From the NCBI GenBank assembly GCA_965197475.1, contig CBDANF010000003.1, positions 1,664,001 through 1,728,000 on the forward strand: 64,000 nt of DNA. The letters are read 5' to 3'. The position numbers and the translations under genes are program-made. The notes below the pieces were generated by a model. It was given only the letters and a program-made list of their open reading frames with translations. It had not been told where the DNA came from and ran no database searches. The DNA comes from Candidatus Poribacteria bacterium. Its GTDB lineage: Bacteria > Poribacteria > WGA-4E > WGA-3G. Shown piece after piece: positions 10,206-19,958 of this stretch. Positions within the stretch are counted from its first letter, which is position 1, and every line of letters begins with the position of its first letter.

Positions 10206-10584
10206 GCTCCGCCTCAATATGTGATTGATAATTATCGGCATCAAACAGTGCGTCAAGTTCACTCGGATCAGTCATCCTGATTTTGAGAAACCACCCATCA
10301 TCATAAGGGGATTCATTCACTTGTTCGGGAGCGTCAAGGAGGGATTCGTTTACCTCAACAACTTCTCCACTAACGGGGGCGTAGAGGTCAAATGCTGCTT
10401 TGACAGATTCTATCACCCCGAATTCTGTTTTATGTGTTAATTGGGTGCCTACTTCCGGCAATTCGACGTAGACAATATCTTGAATTTCGGATTGCGCATA
10501 GTCTGTGATGCCAATAGTGGCGATGTCGTCTTCTTGCCTAACCCATTCATGGCTTTCCATGAATCTTAAGTTTTGTGGAATCAT
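10198..10584 (-). CDS. gcvH: Glycine cleavage system H protein
   Basis: SHEWV, GITDYAQ and ESVKA (lipoyl Lys). Confidence 0.97.
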   Translation of the reverse strand: MIPQNLRFMESHEWVRQEDDIATIGITDYAQSEIQDIVYVELPEVGTQLTHKTEFGVIESVKAAFDLYAPVSGEVVEVNESLLDAPEQVNESPYDDGWFLKIRMTDPSELDALFDADNYQSHIEAEHA

Positions 10585-12450
10585 TTAATCTTCCTTCACG
10601 TGTTTTTTTGTTCTCACATTTGAGTCTATCTCTTTTGCCTTCTCAAAGTCAACTTTCGCTGCGTCATGTTGCCCAAGTGCTTCCTTTGCCAGTCCACGAT
10701 TGTGATAGGCATCAGCATATTTCGGGTTAAGTTCAATGGCTTTATCGTAGTCAGCAATCGCACCAGCATAGTCCTTGAGAGCAACCTTTGCCAGTCCACG
10801 AACATTGTAGGCGTTGGCGTATTCAGGTTTGAGTTTAATTGCTTCCGTAAAATCTTCTATCGCACCAGCATAGTCACCAAGTAGCTCCCTTACAGATGCT
10901 CGACTGTTGAAAGCACGGATATCATCAGGTTTTATTTTTATCGACGCCGTAAAATCTTCTATCGCACCTGTGTGGTCACCAATTCGTCGTTTTGCCCCAC
11001 CGCGAAAATTGTATGCAATAAAATCGTCAGGTTTGACTTTGATTGCTTGTGTATAATCTGCTATTGCTCCAATATCGTTGTCAAGTGCCTCCTTTGCATG
11101 ACCGCGATGTCTGTATCCGTAGGCATGATTAGGTTTTAGTTTGATTGCCTGCGTAAAATCTTCTATCGCACCGGCATGGTTGCCAATATAGTTCTTTACC
11201 CAACCGCGAGCATCGTATGCATAAGTATCGTACGGTTTTAGTTTGATCGCCTGCGTAAAATCTTCTATCGCACCGGCATGGTCGCCAATATGGTTTTTTG
11301 CCCCACCGCGAAAATTGTATCCAAAAACATCGTCAGGTTTGACTTTGATCGCCGCTGTATAGGCCTCTATTGCACCGGCATGGTCGCCAATGGATTGTTT
11401 CATGTGCCCGAGTTCGATATATGTATTGGCATCATCAGGTTTGAGTTGGACAGCATCAGATTTGAGTTTTAGGGCATGTGAATAGTCATCTATCTTCCCT
11501 GCATAGTCGCTAAGTTGCCCTTTTGCCTCCCCGCGTTTCTTATAGGATTCTGTATCGTCCGGATTCAGTTTTATAGCCTGATTATAATCTTCAATTGCAC
11601 CTATATGGTCGCCAAAGCCGGTTTTCACCTTCGCCCTAAACTTGTAGGATTCTGCATCATCAGGGTTAAGTTTAATCGCTTGATCGAAATCTTTTATCGC
11701 CTCTTTAGCATTCCCATCATTATATTTTTTCCAACCTTGCTTGTAATAGACATAAGCACGGACAATTTTTCGCTCCTGCCACTGTTCCATAGGTTCCGTA
11801 GATGTAGAACCAGCGAGTAATGCCTTAAGTGCGCTTGAAGGCATAGCGTCGTAACTATGTCCAACGTGGATTCCAATGACTTCACCTTTACTGTTTAGTA
11901 CAGGACTACCACTGTTCCCCGGATGAACTTCAAGTGCCATTTTAATCAATTTATCGCTACTTCGTACATCTTTTACGATTCCTTCCGTAACTTTGTATTC
12001 TTCTGCATCAGGGTAGCCCGCGAGAAAGACAGTCTCACCGATTTGAAGTGTATCAATGTCACTGAAAGGCATCGGTATGCCTTCACTTTTTACTTTCAGG
12101 ATGGCAATGTCACTCTTGACATCAAATGCCATAACACCTTCTATCACCCAAATTGCTTCTTTGTGACCTAATTTGGCGAAAATAGGTACAGTTATAGGGC
12201 CTGCGGCAACGTGAAAACTTGTTGCGATCTTATCTGGTGCTACAAAGAATCCCGTACCGCCATCTAATAGAAAATCCGATTTTTTGCGCGCTAACCCAAC
12301 TATGCGCACTGTAGATTCTTTTGCCTTTTCGGATATTAAGTCAGTTTCTATTGCCTTTTCAATGTTTTCGGCAGTTTCCTGCGCATAAGAAAGTGAGAGA
12401 AATAACCCCAGAATTAAGAAGCAAAACAAAAGTTTTGTGTAGTGTCTCAT
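10585..12450 (-). CDS. Secreted trypsin-like serine protease with TPR repeats
   Basis: Signal peptide; TSFHV / DIAIL / GNSGSP catalytic triad; about ten 34-aa TPR units (GAIEDFTQAIKLKP). Confidence 0.9.
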   Translation of the reverse strand: MRHYTKLLFCFLILGLFLSLSYAQETAENIEKAIETDLISEKAKESTVRIVGLARKKSDFLLDGGTGFFVAPDKIATSFHVAAGPITVPIFAKLGHKEAIWVIEGVMAFDVKSDIAILKVKSEGIPMPFSDIDTLQIGETVFLAGYPDAEEYKVTEGIVKDVRSSDKLIKMALEVHPGNSGSPVLNSKGEVIGIHVGHSYDAMPSSALKALLAGSTSTEPMEQWQERKIVRAYVYYKQGWKKYNDGNAKEAIKDFDQAIKLNPDDAESYKFRAKVKTGFGDHIGAIEDYNQAIKLNPDDTESYKKRGEAKGQLSDYAGKIDDYSHALKLKSDAVQLKPDDANTYIELGHMKQSIGDHAGAIEAYTAAIKVKPDDVFGYNFRGGAKNHIGDHAGAIEDFTQAIKLKPYDTYAYDARGWVKNYIGNHAGAIEDFTQAIKLKPNHAYGYRHRGHAKEALDNDIGAIADYTQAIKVKPDDFIAYNFRGGAKRRIGDHTGAIEDFTASIKIKPDDIRAFNSRASVRELLGDYAGAIEDFTEAIKLKPEYANAYNVRGLAKVALKDYAGAIADYDKAIELNPKYADAYHNRGLAKEALGQHDAAKVDFEKAKEIDSNVRTKKHVKED

Positions 12451-12470
12451 TTTTATTACCTCAACGGGTT

Positions 12471-12495
12471 ACGGCACACGGAGTGTGCCTACTAC
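12471..12495 (-). repeat. GTAG-type REP palindrome
   Basis: Reverse complement GTAGTAGGCACACTCCGTGTGCCGT. Confidence 0.6.
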
Positions 12496-12511
12496 TTTTA
12501 AGCGTTCATTT

Positions 12512-13618
12512 CTAAATAAAAGGCACCTTCACGATTTTCGCGGGGTGCAGTTTACCTCGGATGTCAATTTCTATGCTTTTCCCAGTATTTTTAGAGATGG
12601 AAGCGAAACCGATATTGCATTTCAGACTCGGCGACGGTGCACCGCTCGTCACTTTACCGATAGAATTACCGTTTTGATACACAGCATACCCGCAACGCGC
12701 AACAGCACGGTCAAGCATTTGAAAACCAACTAATTTTTTGTTTAGGTTTCCCTTTTCTTTCTGTGCAAGGAGAACGTCCTTACCGATAAAATCTCCTTTA
12801 TCCAACTTGACAAACCGACCGAGACCCGCTTCAAAAGGTGTCGTGTTTTCGTCCATATCCATGCCATATAGACGAAGTCCAGCTTCAAGTCTTAAGGTAT
12901 CTCGTGCGCCAAGTCCTACCGGTTGTCCTTCTGCTTCCATCACAGCAGGATAGATCACATTCCATAAATTTTCTGCATTGCTTGACTCAACGTATAACTC
13001 AAAACCGATTTCACCCGTATACCCGGTTCGCGAAATTGCGGTAGGTATTCCTGCAATCTCGCCTACAGCAAACCGAAAAAATGAAATTTCGGAGACATCC
13101 CGCTCAGGAACAAAAGGATTCAGAATGTCTACTGCTTTTGGTCCCTGTAGTGCAATGAGAGTTGTGTCTTCGCTATCGTCAGCCACCTCTGCTCCCATAT
13201 CATTATGGTTTTCCACCCATGCGAGGTCTTTTTGAATGTTGGAGGCGTTGACTACCAACGTATAATTGTTATCAGCGTGCTTATAAATCAGAATGTCATC
13301 AACTATTCCGCCGGTTTCATCGCATAGTAGTGTATATTGCACCTGTCCATCGGTTAAGCGGCTCACGTCGTTTGTGCTGAGTTTTTGCACCAAGTCGTTT
13401 GCCCCCTTGCCGCAAACGTCAATTTCTCCCATGTGCGATAGGTCAAACAAGCCAGCAGTAGTTCGGACAGCAAGATGTTCCTTTACAATACTGTTATATT
13501 GTAAAGGCATCTCCCATCCACCGAATTCGGTGAATTTGGCGTTGAGGGATTTGTGGACTTGATAAAGCGGTGTTCTTTTCATTTGTAGTGTCTTTAAAGG
13601 AAGCGCGCTTACTGCCAT
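12512..13618 (-). CDS. gcvT: Glycine cleavage system aminomethyltransferase T
   Basis: KRTPL, FGGWEMP, SRTGYTGE and GLGARDTLRLEAG. True start may be at MKRTPL. Confidence 0.97.
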   Translation of the reverse strand: MAVSALPLKTLQMKRTPLYQVHKSLNAKFTEFGGWEMPLQYNSIVKEHLAVRTTAGLFDLSHMGEIDVCGKGANDLVQKLSTNDVSRLTDGQVQYTLLCDETGGIVDDILIYKHADNNYTLVVNASNIQKDLAWVENHNDMGAEVADDSEDTTLIALQGPKAVDILNPFVPERDVSEISFFRFAVGEIAGIPTAISRTGYTGEIGFELYVESSNAENLWNVIYPAVMEAEGQPVGLGARDTLRLEAGLRLYGMDMDENTTPFEAGLGRFVKLDKGDFIGKDVLLAQKEKGNLNKKLVGFQMLDRAVARCGYAVYQNGNSIGKVTSGAPSPSLKCNIGFASISKNTGKSIEIDIRGKLHPAKIVKVPFI

Positions 13619-13640
13619 AGCGTAAGTCTTGTTTATGTTA

Positions 13641-14396
13641 TCATTCTAATTCATAGATACGGGCAAGATTATCGCCAAAAATCAACGCTTCTGCGTCATC
13701 ACCGAGTTCCAACCGTTTTAAGGCGTTGATAACCTGAATCGGTCTGTATTCGGGCAAGTTAGAACCGAAAACTATCCGATCCGGTCCAAGGGTATCAACA
13801 GCAGTCTTCACCTCAGTCGGTACAACCGTGTTTGGATCAGTTCCCCAACGACGATGGAATCGCAGGATTGTCGTTCCGAGTGAGATGTTTTTGTTCGCTT
13901 TTGCTACAGAGATAGCGGCATCTAAATCATCTGGAAATCCCATGTGATCCATAATAATTGGCGTTTCAGGAACCCAACTTGCGACGGTGCCGATCCGATT
14001 CGGATGACAATTGTTAGGTCCAGAATGTATTGAAATAATAAGTTCGCTGTCGCAAGCGGCTTCTACAACAGGACGCACGATTGGGTCATCTACGTTGTAA
14101 TTGTGAACCGCGGGCATCAGTTTAATACCACGCATTCCCCACTGCTCTGCTGCAAGTTTAACTTGTGATACTGGTTCCGGTTCTGTCGGATGCACAAGAG
14201 CACATCCGAGGGCACGCGGGTTACCGCGAATCGCGTCGGCAAGTTCATCGTTCCGAGGAACACGTTGGGTATTCGGCATGATGACTGCCACATCCATAGC
14301 AGCTTCATCTTCTATTGCAAGTAGCGCGTTTAAATCTAACTTCCCAGATTTATCGCGAAATTCATCACTGAGATATGCTTCAAAATCACCACGCAT
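13641..14396 (-). CDS. Amidohydrolase_2-family TIM-barrel protein
   Basis: RGIKLMP, SIHSG, IMDHMG and DRIVFGSNLP motifs. Confidence 0.8.
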   Translation of the reverse strand: MRGDFEAYLSDEFRDKSGKLDLNALLAIEDEAAMDVAVIMPNTQRVPRNDELADAIRGNPRALGCALVHPTEPEPVSQVKLAAEQWGMRGIKLMPAVHNYNVDDPIVRPVVEAACDSELIISIHSGPNNCHPNRIGTVASWVPETPIIMDHMGFPDDLDAAISVAKANKNISLGTTILRFHRRWGTDPNTVVPTEVKTAVDTLGPDRIVFGSNLPEYRPIQVINALKRLELGDDAEALIFGDNLARIYELE

Positions 14397-14486
14397 AAGA
14401 AGGTTCCTTTATTTAACTATTTAACGGGCTGAATTCCTTTTTTCTCCATGATTGTTGCAAGGGTGCAGCTTGGGAATTGAAACTTT

Positions 14487-15629
14487 CTACGGTTCAGCAA
14501 ATTGCTCGTCAATGAGAATTGCCCCATTTTGCGAATCAGTTTCAAAAGACACATTTTTTGACATTAAGACGTTACGATACTGTGTGTATGCGGATTGCGC
14601 CTCAGCAACAGTAGGAAAACGGATGAGGAAAACAATATAGGGATTTACCGATTTTTTTGAATGTGTATTACTATATTGTGCTAATATGCCGATCGTTCCA
14701 TCCATCAATTGTGGGATAATGTCGGGGGCAGACTTATAAACCTGGCGCAGAACCCAATTTGAAGTAAACAACTTTTCGCTCCCACGAATGTATTGGGGTA
14801 GCAGTTCAAGAAGCGGTATTTTTTGCGGCGGATCTTGGATATTCTTTGCGGTGACTTGGGCAAGGGCGAGCATCCCCTTTTGAATACCGGTTGCTATCGC
14901 ATATCCCTCTATTTGAATGAAGTATTTTCCTTTCCAAAACCAGAGGTATTTTCCTGAAATAATCGCTTTACAACCAACCCACTCAAATTTTGGTTGTGGG
15001 TAGCTGTTAGTGCTAAAAATCCCGAATGCGTTCTCAGGAGTTCCCATATCGAAAATCTCAAGCAAGATATAAGGGATAGATCCGAATTTCGGACTTTGAT
15101 ATTCCACCTCCGCTTGCCTTTGAAACCCATAATTGAGGTAAATTTCCGGAGAAACGGCTCGATCTTGATAAAGCGTTTCAATATTATACGTTGACGGTTT
15201 ACGCGCACGTACCCAATCTGTTATTTCGTCATCTTCGGGTAAAAGGGTTTCTGGGGCAGCAGTAGTAGAAAAGGGGAGCGTTTTATAAGCTTCTTCCAAA
15301 CCGACAATAGGTTCAGACTCACTGTCTTTTTGTTCTGTATCTATCCGCTGTTCTGTCTCTTCGTTCTGTGTAATTGTAGGTAACGATTGAACCTCGGAAT
15401 GTGCATGAATTCTTGCCGAAACATCTGCCATTACCTCTTTGGCACTTTTCGTTGTAGGTGCTTTCCACACCCCGAAGATATACGCATTCTCTTGGTTAAC
15501 CGATGTTAAATTACCATGTTCTTCCTGACATGAAAGGAGAATCATTATAAAAATAGAACCGAGCAAAACTGTGCTGTGGAGTTTCATAAGTTTACCACTG
15601 TTCTGCGAGTTGATTGTAAAGGTCCTCAA
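14487..15629 (-). CDS. Hypothetical lipoprotein (DUF6599-like)
   Basis: LLSC lipobox; EIFDMGTPENAFGIFS and FWKGKYFIQI motifs. Start probably MKLHST. Confidence 0.65.
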   Translation of the reverse strand: MRTFTINSQNSGKLMKLHSTVLLGSIFIMILLSCQEEHGNLTSVNQENAYIFGVWKAPTTKSAKEVMADVSARIHAHSEVQSLPTITQNEETEQRIDTEQKDSESEPIVGLEEAYKTLPFSTTAAPETLLPEDDEITDWVRARKPSTYNIETLYQDRAVSPEIYLNYGFQRQAEVEYQSPKFGSIPYILLEIFDMGTPENAFGIFSTNSYPQPKFEWVGCKAIISGKYLWFWKGKYFIQIEGYAIATGIQKGMLALAQVTAKNIQDPPQKIPLLELLPQYIRGSEKLFTSNWVLRQVYKSAPDIIPQLMDGTIGILAQYSNTHSKKSVNPYIVFLIRFPTVAEAQSAYTQYRNVLMSKNVSFETDSQNGAILIDEQFAEP

Positions 15630-16212
15630 TAAGTTCCTCTATTATCAAATTTTTTGCTTGATCAGGTGTTTCTGGTGGTTCACCTCGATTATCTACAACA
15701 TAAAAGTCGTGTATCTGCATGTGGTTATCTGTTTGAGCAATTCGATTATTTCTAACCTTATCAAGAAATTCATATTCGACTTGCAAACTCATCCGCAACA
15801 TTTCAACATTGCCACTAGGTCCGAACCCATGTTCTATCAATTCGTAATTCTGTATCCGTATAGTGAGTTCGGAATCGTTACCATCGCTCCATTTCCGATT
15901 AAACCGTTCGGTTAACTTCTCATGGATCACTTCATCAAAAGGACGTTGTGAAACGTTATCATAAGCTATATCTGCATCCTGAATTTCAATAGGTGGGATA
16001 TCAATCGTTCTGATATGCTCCAGATACGATGAGGTAGAGACATATCCACACCCAGCGATCAAACTAAATGATGCTAATAGACTAAAGCACAACAACGTTA
16101 GCACTGCATAGTTGAGATATTGGTATCTTTCTCCTGTTTTCCGCGTCTTTAGAGGAAGTACTGGATTGAGGTGAAAGAATTGTGTGCTACAGTGTATCCA
16201 TTTGGTACGCAT
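15592..16212 (-). CDS. LptE-like LPS assembly lipoprotein
   Basis: IAGCGY lipobox, then IRTIDIP, and a C-terminal helix ending in W, as in LptE family proteins. Confidence 0.6.
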   Translation of the reverse strand: MRTKWIHCSTQFFHLNPVLPLKTRKTGERYQYLNYAVLTLLCFSLLASFSLIAGCGYVSTSSYLEHIRTIDIPPIEIQDADIAYDNVSQRPFDEVIHEKLTERFNRKWSDGNDSELTIRIQNYELIEHGFGPSGNVEMLRMSLQVEYEFLDKVRNNRIAQTDNHMQIHDFYVVDNRGEPPETPDQAKNLIIEELIEDLYNQLAEQW

Positions 16213-16540
16213 GCGAATTTCCTCTTAGTGAAAAAATAAAGAATTGAAAAGGATTTTCAAGTCTAATTTTCGGACGCTCAGGTTTTTTCTCTTCTTTCCC
16301 AAAACGCAAGACTCGCACAAATTCAACAATCTGTTTTTTTACAGAAGGAATTGATAGAATTACAAAGACAACGATAAGTAAGATAAGGATGAGTGCTAGT
16401 AGATTTGTCATCCATTTCTGGGCGAGCAAATCCCCTTTGGCTTTTTGAATTTGCCGCCTTGCCCTGGGATTACGAGTTCTCATTAAGCTCACCTTTAAGT
16501 AAAGTATAGATAATAAAGAGCGAATATCAAAATCGGTCAA
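16187..16540 (-). CDS. Hypothetical single-TM protein
   Basis: ORF with one long hydrophobic helix. Start probably MRTRNP. Confidence 0.45.
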   Translation of the reverse strand: MTDFDIRSLLSILYLKVSLMRTRNPRARRQIQKAKGDLLAQKWMTNLLALILILLIVVFVILSIPSVKKQIVEFVRVLRFGKEEKKPERPKIRLENPFQFFIFSLRGNSHAYQMDTL

Positions 16541-16670
16541 ACATCTCTAACTTCAGTCAATAAAGAGAAATCAGACAGTTTTGAAATTCGCCTCGCCGAA
16601 TGCCATAAGCGCATTCGGCATTGATTTGGAAGAAAGATGTTTTCAGACACCTTTCGTTGATTATTTTAAT

Positions 16671-16792
16671 GTGAGCTCGGTATAAGCCTACTTTCACGAG
16701 TTCGCGGGTATTTTTCCACAGATTCTCCCTGTTTGCGGAGTTTAGGAGGTCCGAAATAGGTAAAAACACCCTTCTATCTACACCGAGCTCAC
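16671..16792 (-). ncRNA. Candidate structured RNA downstream of pnp
   Basis: 15-bp closing stem plus an inner GGGUGUUUUU/AAAAAUACCC stem, separated by an asymmetric bubble. Confidence 0.4.
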
Positions 16793-16811
16793 GTTATTTA
16801 GGTTGTCCCTC

Positions 16812-19127
16812 TTAAAACCTGCCTTTTGGGAGACGCGGAGACCTTCGGTTTCTGGAGTCACGCGAGCTATCCTGTTGCTGCTCATACCGGTTGTTGCGTC
16901 TGTCACGATTGTCGCGACTATCTCGGGATTCACGGTAAGGACGATTCTCGCGATAATTTGACCTGCCTTGTTCACGTGGTTCGCGTGGTTCGCGTTGATC
17001 TGGTTCGAAATCTGATTCAGAAGAGGTGTTGAGTTCTTCAAGTGGAACACCTTTAGCCGCAATAAGTGACAGGTCAATTCTACCTTGTTCATCTATAGTC
17101 AAAATCTTTACAGTAACCTCATCTCCAACCTGCATGACATCTTCAGCTCGGCGGACATAACCGTCTCCCATCTGAGAGATGTGTACAAGCCCATCTTTCC
17201 CGGGAAGAATTTCTACAAATGCACCAAAAGAAGCTGTTCGAACAACTTTACCGGTGTATTCCTTTCCGATTTCGGGCATAGCCGTAATTTGGCGGATTTT
17301 CTCCTCAGCAAGTTTGACCTCTTCCGCACTGGTTGAGGCTATTTCAACGGTACCATCATCTTGGATGTTGATAGTGGTATTCGTTTCTTCTTGAATACCT
17401 TGTACGGTTTTGCCTCGGGGCCCAATAAGGTCTTTTATCTTTTCGGTTGCGATCTGGAGTGAATAGATACGGGGCGCGTAAGGTGATAACTCTGCACGCG
17501 GTTCGTTAATAACAGCGTTCATCTGCTCAATGACAGCGATACGCGCTTCTCTTGCCTGATGTATAGCACTGCGCATAAGTTCAGGGGTGACACCGTCTAT
17601 TTTGATGTCCATCTGTACCGCAGTTACGCCTTCCGTAGTTCCAGCGACCTTAAAATCCATATCGCCGAGGAAATCTTCGGTGCCGAGCATATCTGTCAAC
17701 ACGACTTCCCGTTCACCTTCTTTAATAAGTCCAACACCAATACCGGCTACAGACTTTTTCAATGGTACACCTGCATCAAGAAGAGCTAAAGTTGCACTAC
17801 AGACGGTAGCCATTGAAGAAGAAGCGTTCGACTCTAATATCTCGGATACAACGCGGATGGTATAGTTAAACTCCTCCTTATTTGGAATAACCGGTTCAAG
17901 TGCTTTTTGTGCGAGCGAACCGTGTCCAATTTCTCTACGCCCGGGTCCCATCATTCGCTTGACTTCGCCAGTGCTAAACGGTGGGAAGTTATAGTGTAAA
18001 AAGAAAGTACTGCGGACTTCACCGTCCAATCCACGCTTTACATCCTCGTCACCAGAAGTACCGAGAGTCGTGACACAGAGTGCTTGCGTCTGCCCACGTG
18101 TGAAAAGAGCGGAACCGTGTGTTCGTGGCAGAAGTGCAACCTCACCCGAAATCGATCGGATATCTGTGACACCGCGCCCATCAACACGCCTTCCTTCAAC
18201 AAGGATGGCTTGCCGCATTTCTTCTTTTTCTATATCACTTAGAATCGAACGTGCCTCTCTTTCTGCACTCGGTTCAATTTCTTCAGGAGCATCCTCTTGG
18301 ATTTCAGAGAGGATATCTGATTGTATCTGTTCAAGGTAATTTTCACGTAACTGTTTGTCCACCATTCCGATCGATTCTCGGATTCGAGCAGTGGCGAGAT
18401 CTCTGATGCGTGTGTTTAACGTATCCTCTACAGTTTTTGCTTCATACTCACGTTTTTTCTGACTACAGACAGCAACGATGCCTTCTTGAAGTTTGATAAT
18501 TTCTTTTATTTCTTCGTGTGCTGCGATGATAGTGTCAATTACTTCATCATCTGGAATCTCATTTCCCCCACCTTCAACTGACATCACAGCATTAGAGGTG
18601 CCACTTACAAAAAGTTCTATATCAGAAGTGTGTAACTCCTCGTAAGTCGGATTTATGATCAATTTTCCATCTATCTTCCCGATAGTCACAGCAGCAACTG
18701 GACCGCTGAATGGAATATCAGACACAGATAGCGCAGCGGAAGTTCCGATTAAAGCAGGAACGTCTGCTGGGTGAATACCGTCTGAAGACAAGACCGTACA
18801 TAGTACTTGTACTTCAGCCTTAAATTCCTTAGGGAAAAGTGGACGAATACAATGGTCAATAAGGCGCGCAACAAGTTGTTCTGATGTTCCGGGCCGTGGT
18901 TCACGCCTTCCATATACGGTCGGGATACGACCACCTGCATAGGCTCTCTCTCTGTAATCTACTGTCAAAGGGAAAAAATCTAAATCATTTTCGCTATCAT
19001 CTGCGACTACAGTCACTAACACAACTGTTCCACCGTATTGTACCCAAACGGCCCCATCTGCTTGTTTAGCAACCTTCCCCATTTCAATCGATAACTTTTC
19101 GTTACCGAGCTGCATTTCAACTTTCAC
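16812..19127 (-). CDS. pnp: Polyribonucleotide nucleotidyltransferase (PNPase)
   Basis: FFPLTVDY, RTHGSALFTRGQTQ, EDFLGDMDFKVAGT, KH and S1 domains; AGGAGG RBS; follows rpsO. Confidence 0.98.
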   Translation of the reverse strand: MKVEMQLGNEKLSIEMGKVAKQADGAVWVQYGGTVVLVTVVADDSENDLDFFPLTVDYRERAYAGGRIPTVYGRREPRPGTSEQLVARLIDHCIRPLFPKEFKAEVQVLCTVLSSDGIHPADVPALIGTSAALSVSDIPFSGPVAAVTIGKIDGKLIINPTYEELHTSDIELFVSGTSNAVMSVEGGGNEIPDDEVIDTIIAAHEEIKEIIKLQEGIVAVCSQKKREYEAKTVEDTLNTRIRDLATARIRESIGMVDKQLRENYLEQIQSDILSEIQEDAPEEIEPSAEREARSILSDIEKEEMRQAILVEGRRVDGRGVTDIRSISGEVALLPRTHGSALFTRGQTQALCVTTLGTSGDEDVKRGLDGEVRSTFFLHYNFPPFSTGEVKRMMGPGRREIGHGSLAQKALEPVIPNKEEFNYTIRVVSEILESNASSSMATVCSATLALLDAGVPLKKSVAGIGVGLIKEGEREVVLTDMLGTEDFLGDMDFKVAGTTEGVTAVQMDIKIDGVTPELMRSAIHQAREARIAVIEQMNAVINEPRAELSPYAPRIYSLQIATEKIKDLIGPRGKTVQGIQEETNTTINIQDDGTVEIASTSAEEVKLAEEKIRQITAMPEIGKEYTGKVVRTASFGAFVEILPGKDGLVHISQMGDGYVRRAEDVMQVGDEVTVKILTIDEQGRIDLSLIAAKGVPLEELNTSSESDFEPDQREPREPREQGRSNYRENRPYRESRDSRDNRDRRNNRYEQQQDSSRDSRNRRSPRLPKGRF

Positions 19128-19167
19128 TCAATTTCCTCCTCATACACAAATGCTTACGGTGGAATAT

Positions 19168-19458
19168 TTAACTTCTCTGTGAACCGATTGTGTCGCGAAT
19201 TCCGAGTTCATTAATTAAACGAAAATACCGTGGGACATCCTTCTTATAGAGATACCTTAATAAACGGCGTTGTTTTCCTACCAACCGAAAAAGTCCGTAT
19301 CGTGAATGATGATCTTTTCTATGGGTCTGAAAATGTTGCGTTAATTCCTGAATGCGAGCATTTAATACCGCGACTTGCGCCTCTGGCGAACCGGTGTCTT
19401 TATCATGTATTTGATGCTTTTGAATTAATTCCTGCTTCCTTGCTGCATCAATTGCCAA
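19168..19458 (-). CDS. rpsO: 30S ribosomal protein S15
   Basis: DTGSPEAQVA and HRKDHHSRYGL motifs; TTG start. Confidence 0.98.
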   Translation of the reverse strand: MAIDAARKQELIQKHQIHDKDTGSPEAQVAVLNARIQELTQHFQTHRKDHHSRYGLFRLVGKQRRLLRYLYKKDVPRYFRLINELGIRDTIGSQRS

Positions 19459-19510
19459 TCTACCTCACCCCCTCTTTGCTATTCGTGTTTTTCTTGTAAA
19501 CATTAGATAA

Positions 19511-19623
19511 ATCTCATGATAAATAAAGCACGACGGAAACAGATTTGCCGTGCCTAAATCTTTTTTATGAGATGACTTCTACATATTAAGAGTAATTATA
19601 TCATAAATTGGAGCGAATTTCAA
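19511..19623 (-). promoter_or_regulatory. rpsO promoter and structured 5' leader
   Basis: TTGAAA-17-TATAAT with TGn extension (19623-19595). Leader hairpin AUCUCAU...AUGAGAU encloses AGGCACGGC/GUCGUGCUU. Confidence 0.55.
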
Positions 19624-19958
19624 GAAAATTTGTGGTTATCCTCCTGAGGGTGTAAAACTTGGACAGAAAGTCTACTCGGCATTTTATACCTATTGCCTGC
19701 CAATCAATGCCTCATACGTGCATGGCACTTGTCGTATAGCATTCGTCAAAGAGTGCCTGCTACTATGCATGTATACACATCTATCAATATTGATTTGAAT
19801 AGAGAGTATCCTGCTACCGTTTTTTACTAATTTTCATTTTTATCTTGATTATTTTTCCAATTATTTGTACAATTATGGAAAATGACGGAACCTAACTATG
19901 GAACGTTTTATGTAAACCTAAGTTTTCACTTTATATTATACAGAACAATAGGAGTTAT

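Noticed and set aside
3776-19069. Numerous short antisense or overlapping ORFs within housekeeping genes (also across the nuo operon)
   Set aside because: Shadow ORFs of well-supported genes with no motifs of their own.
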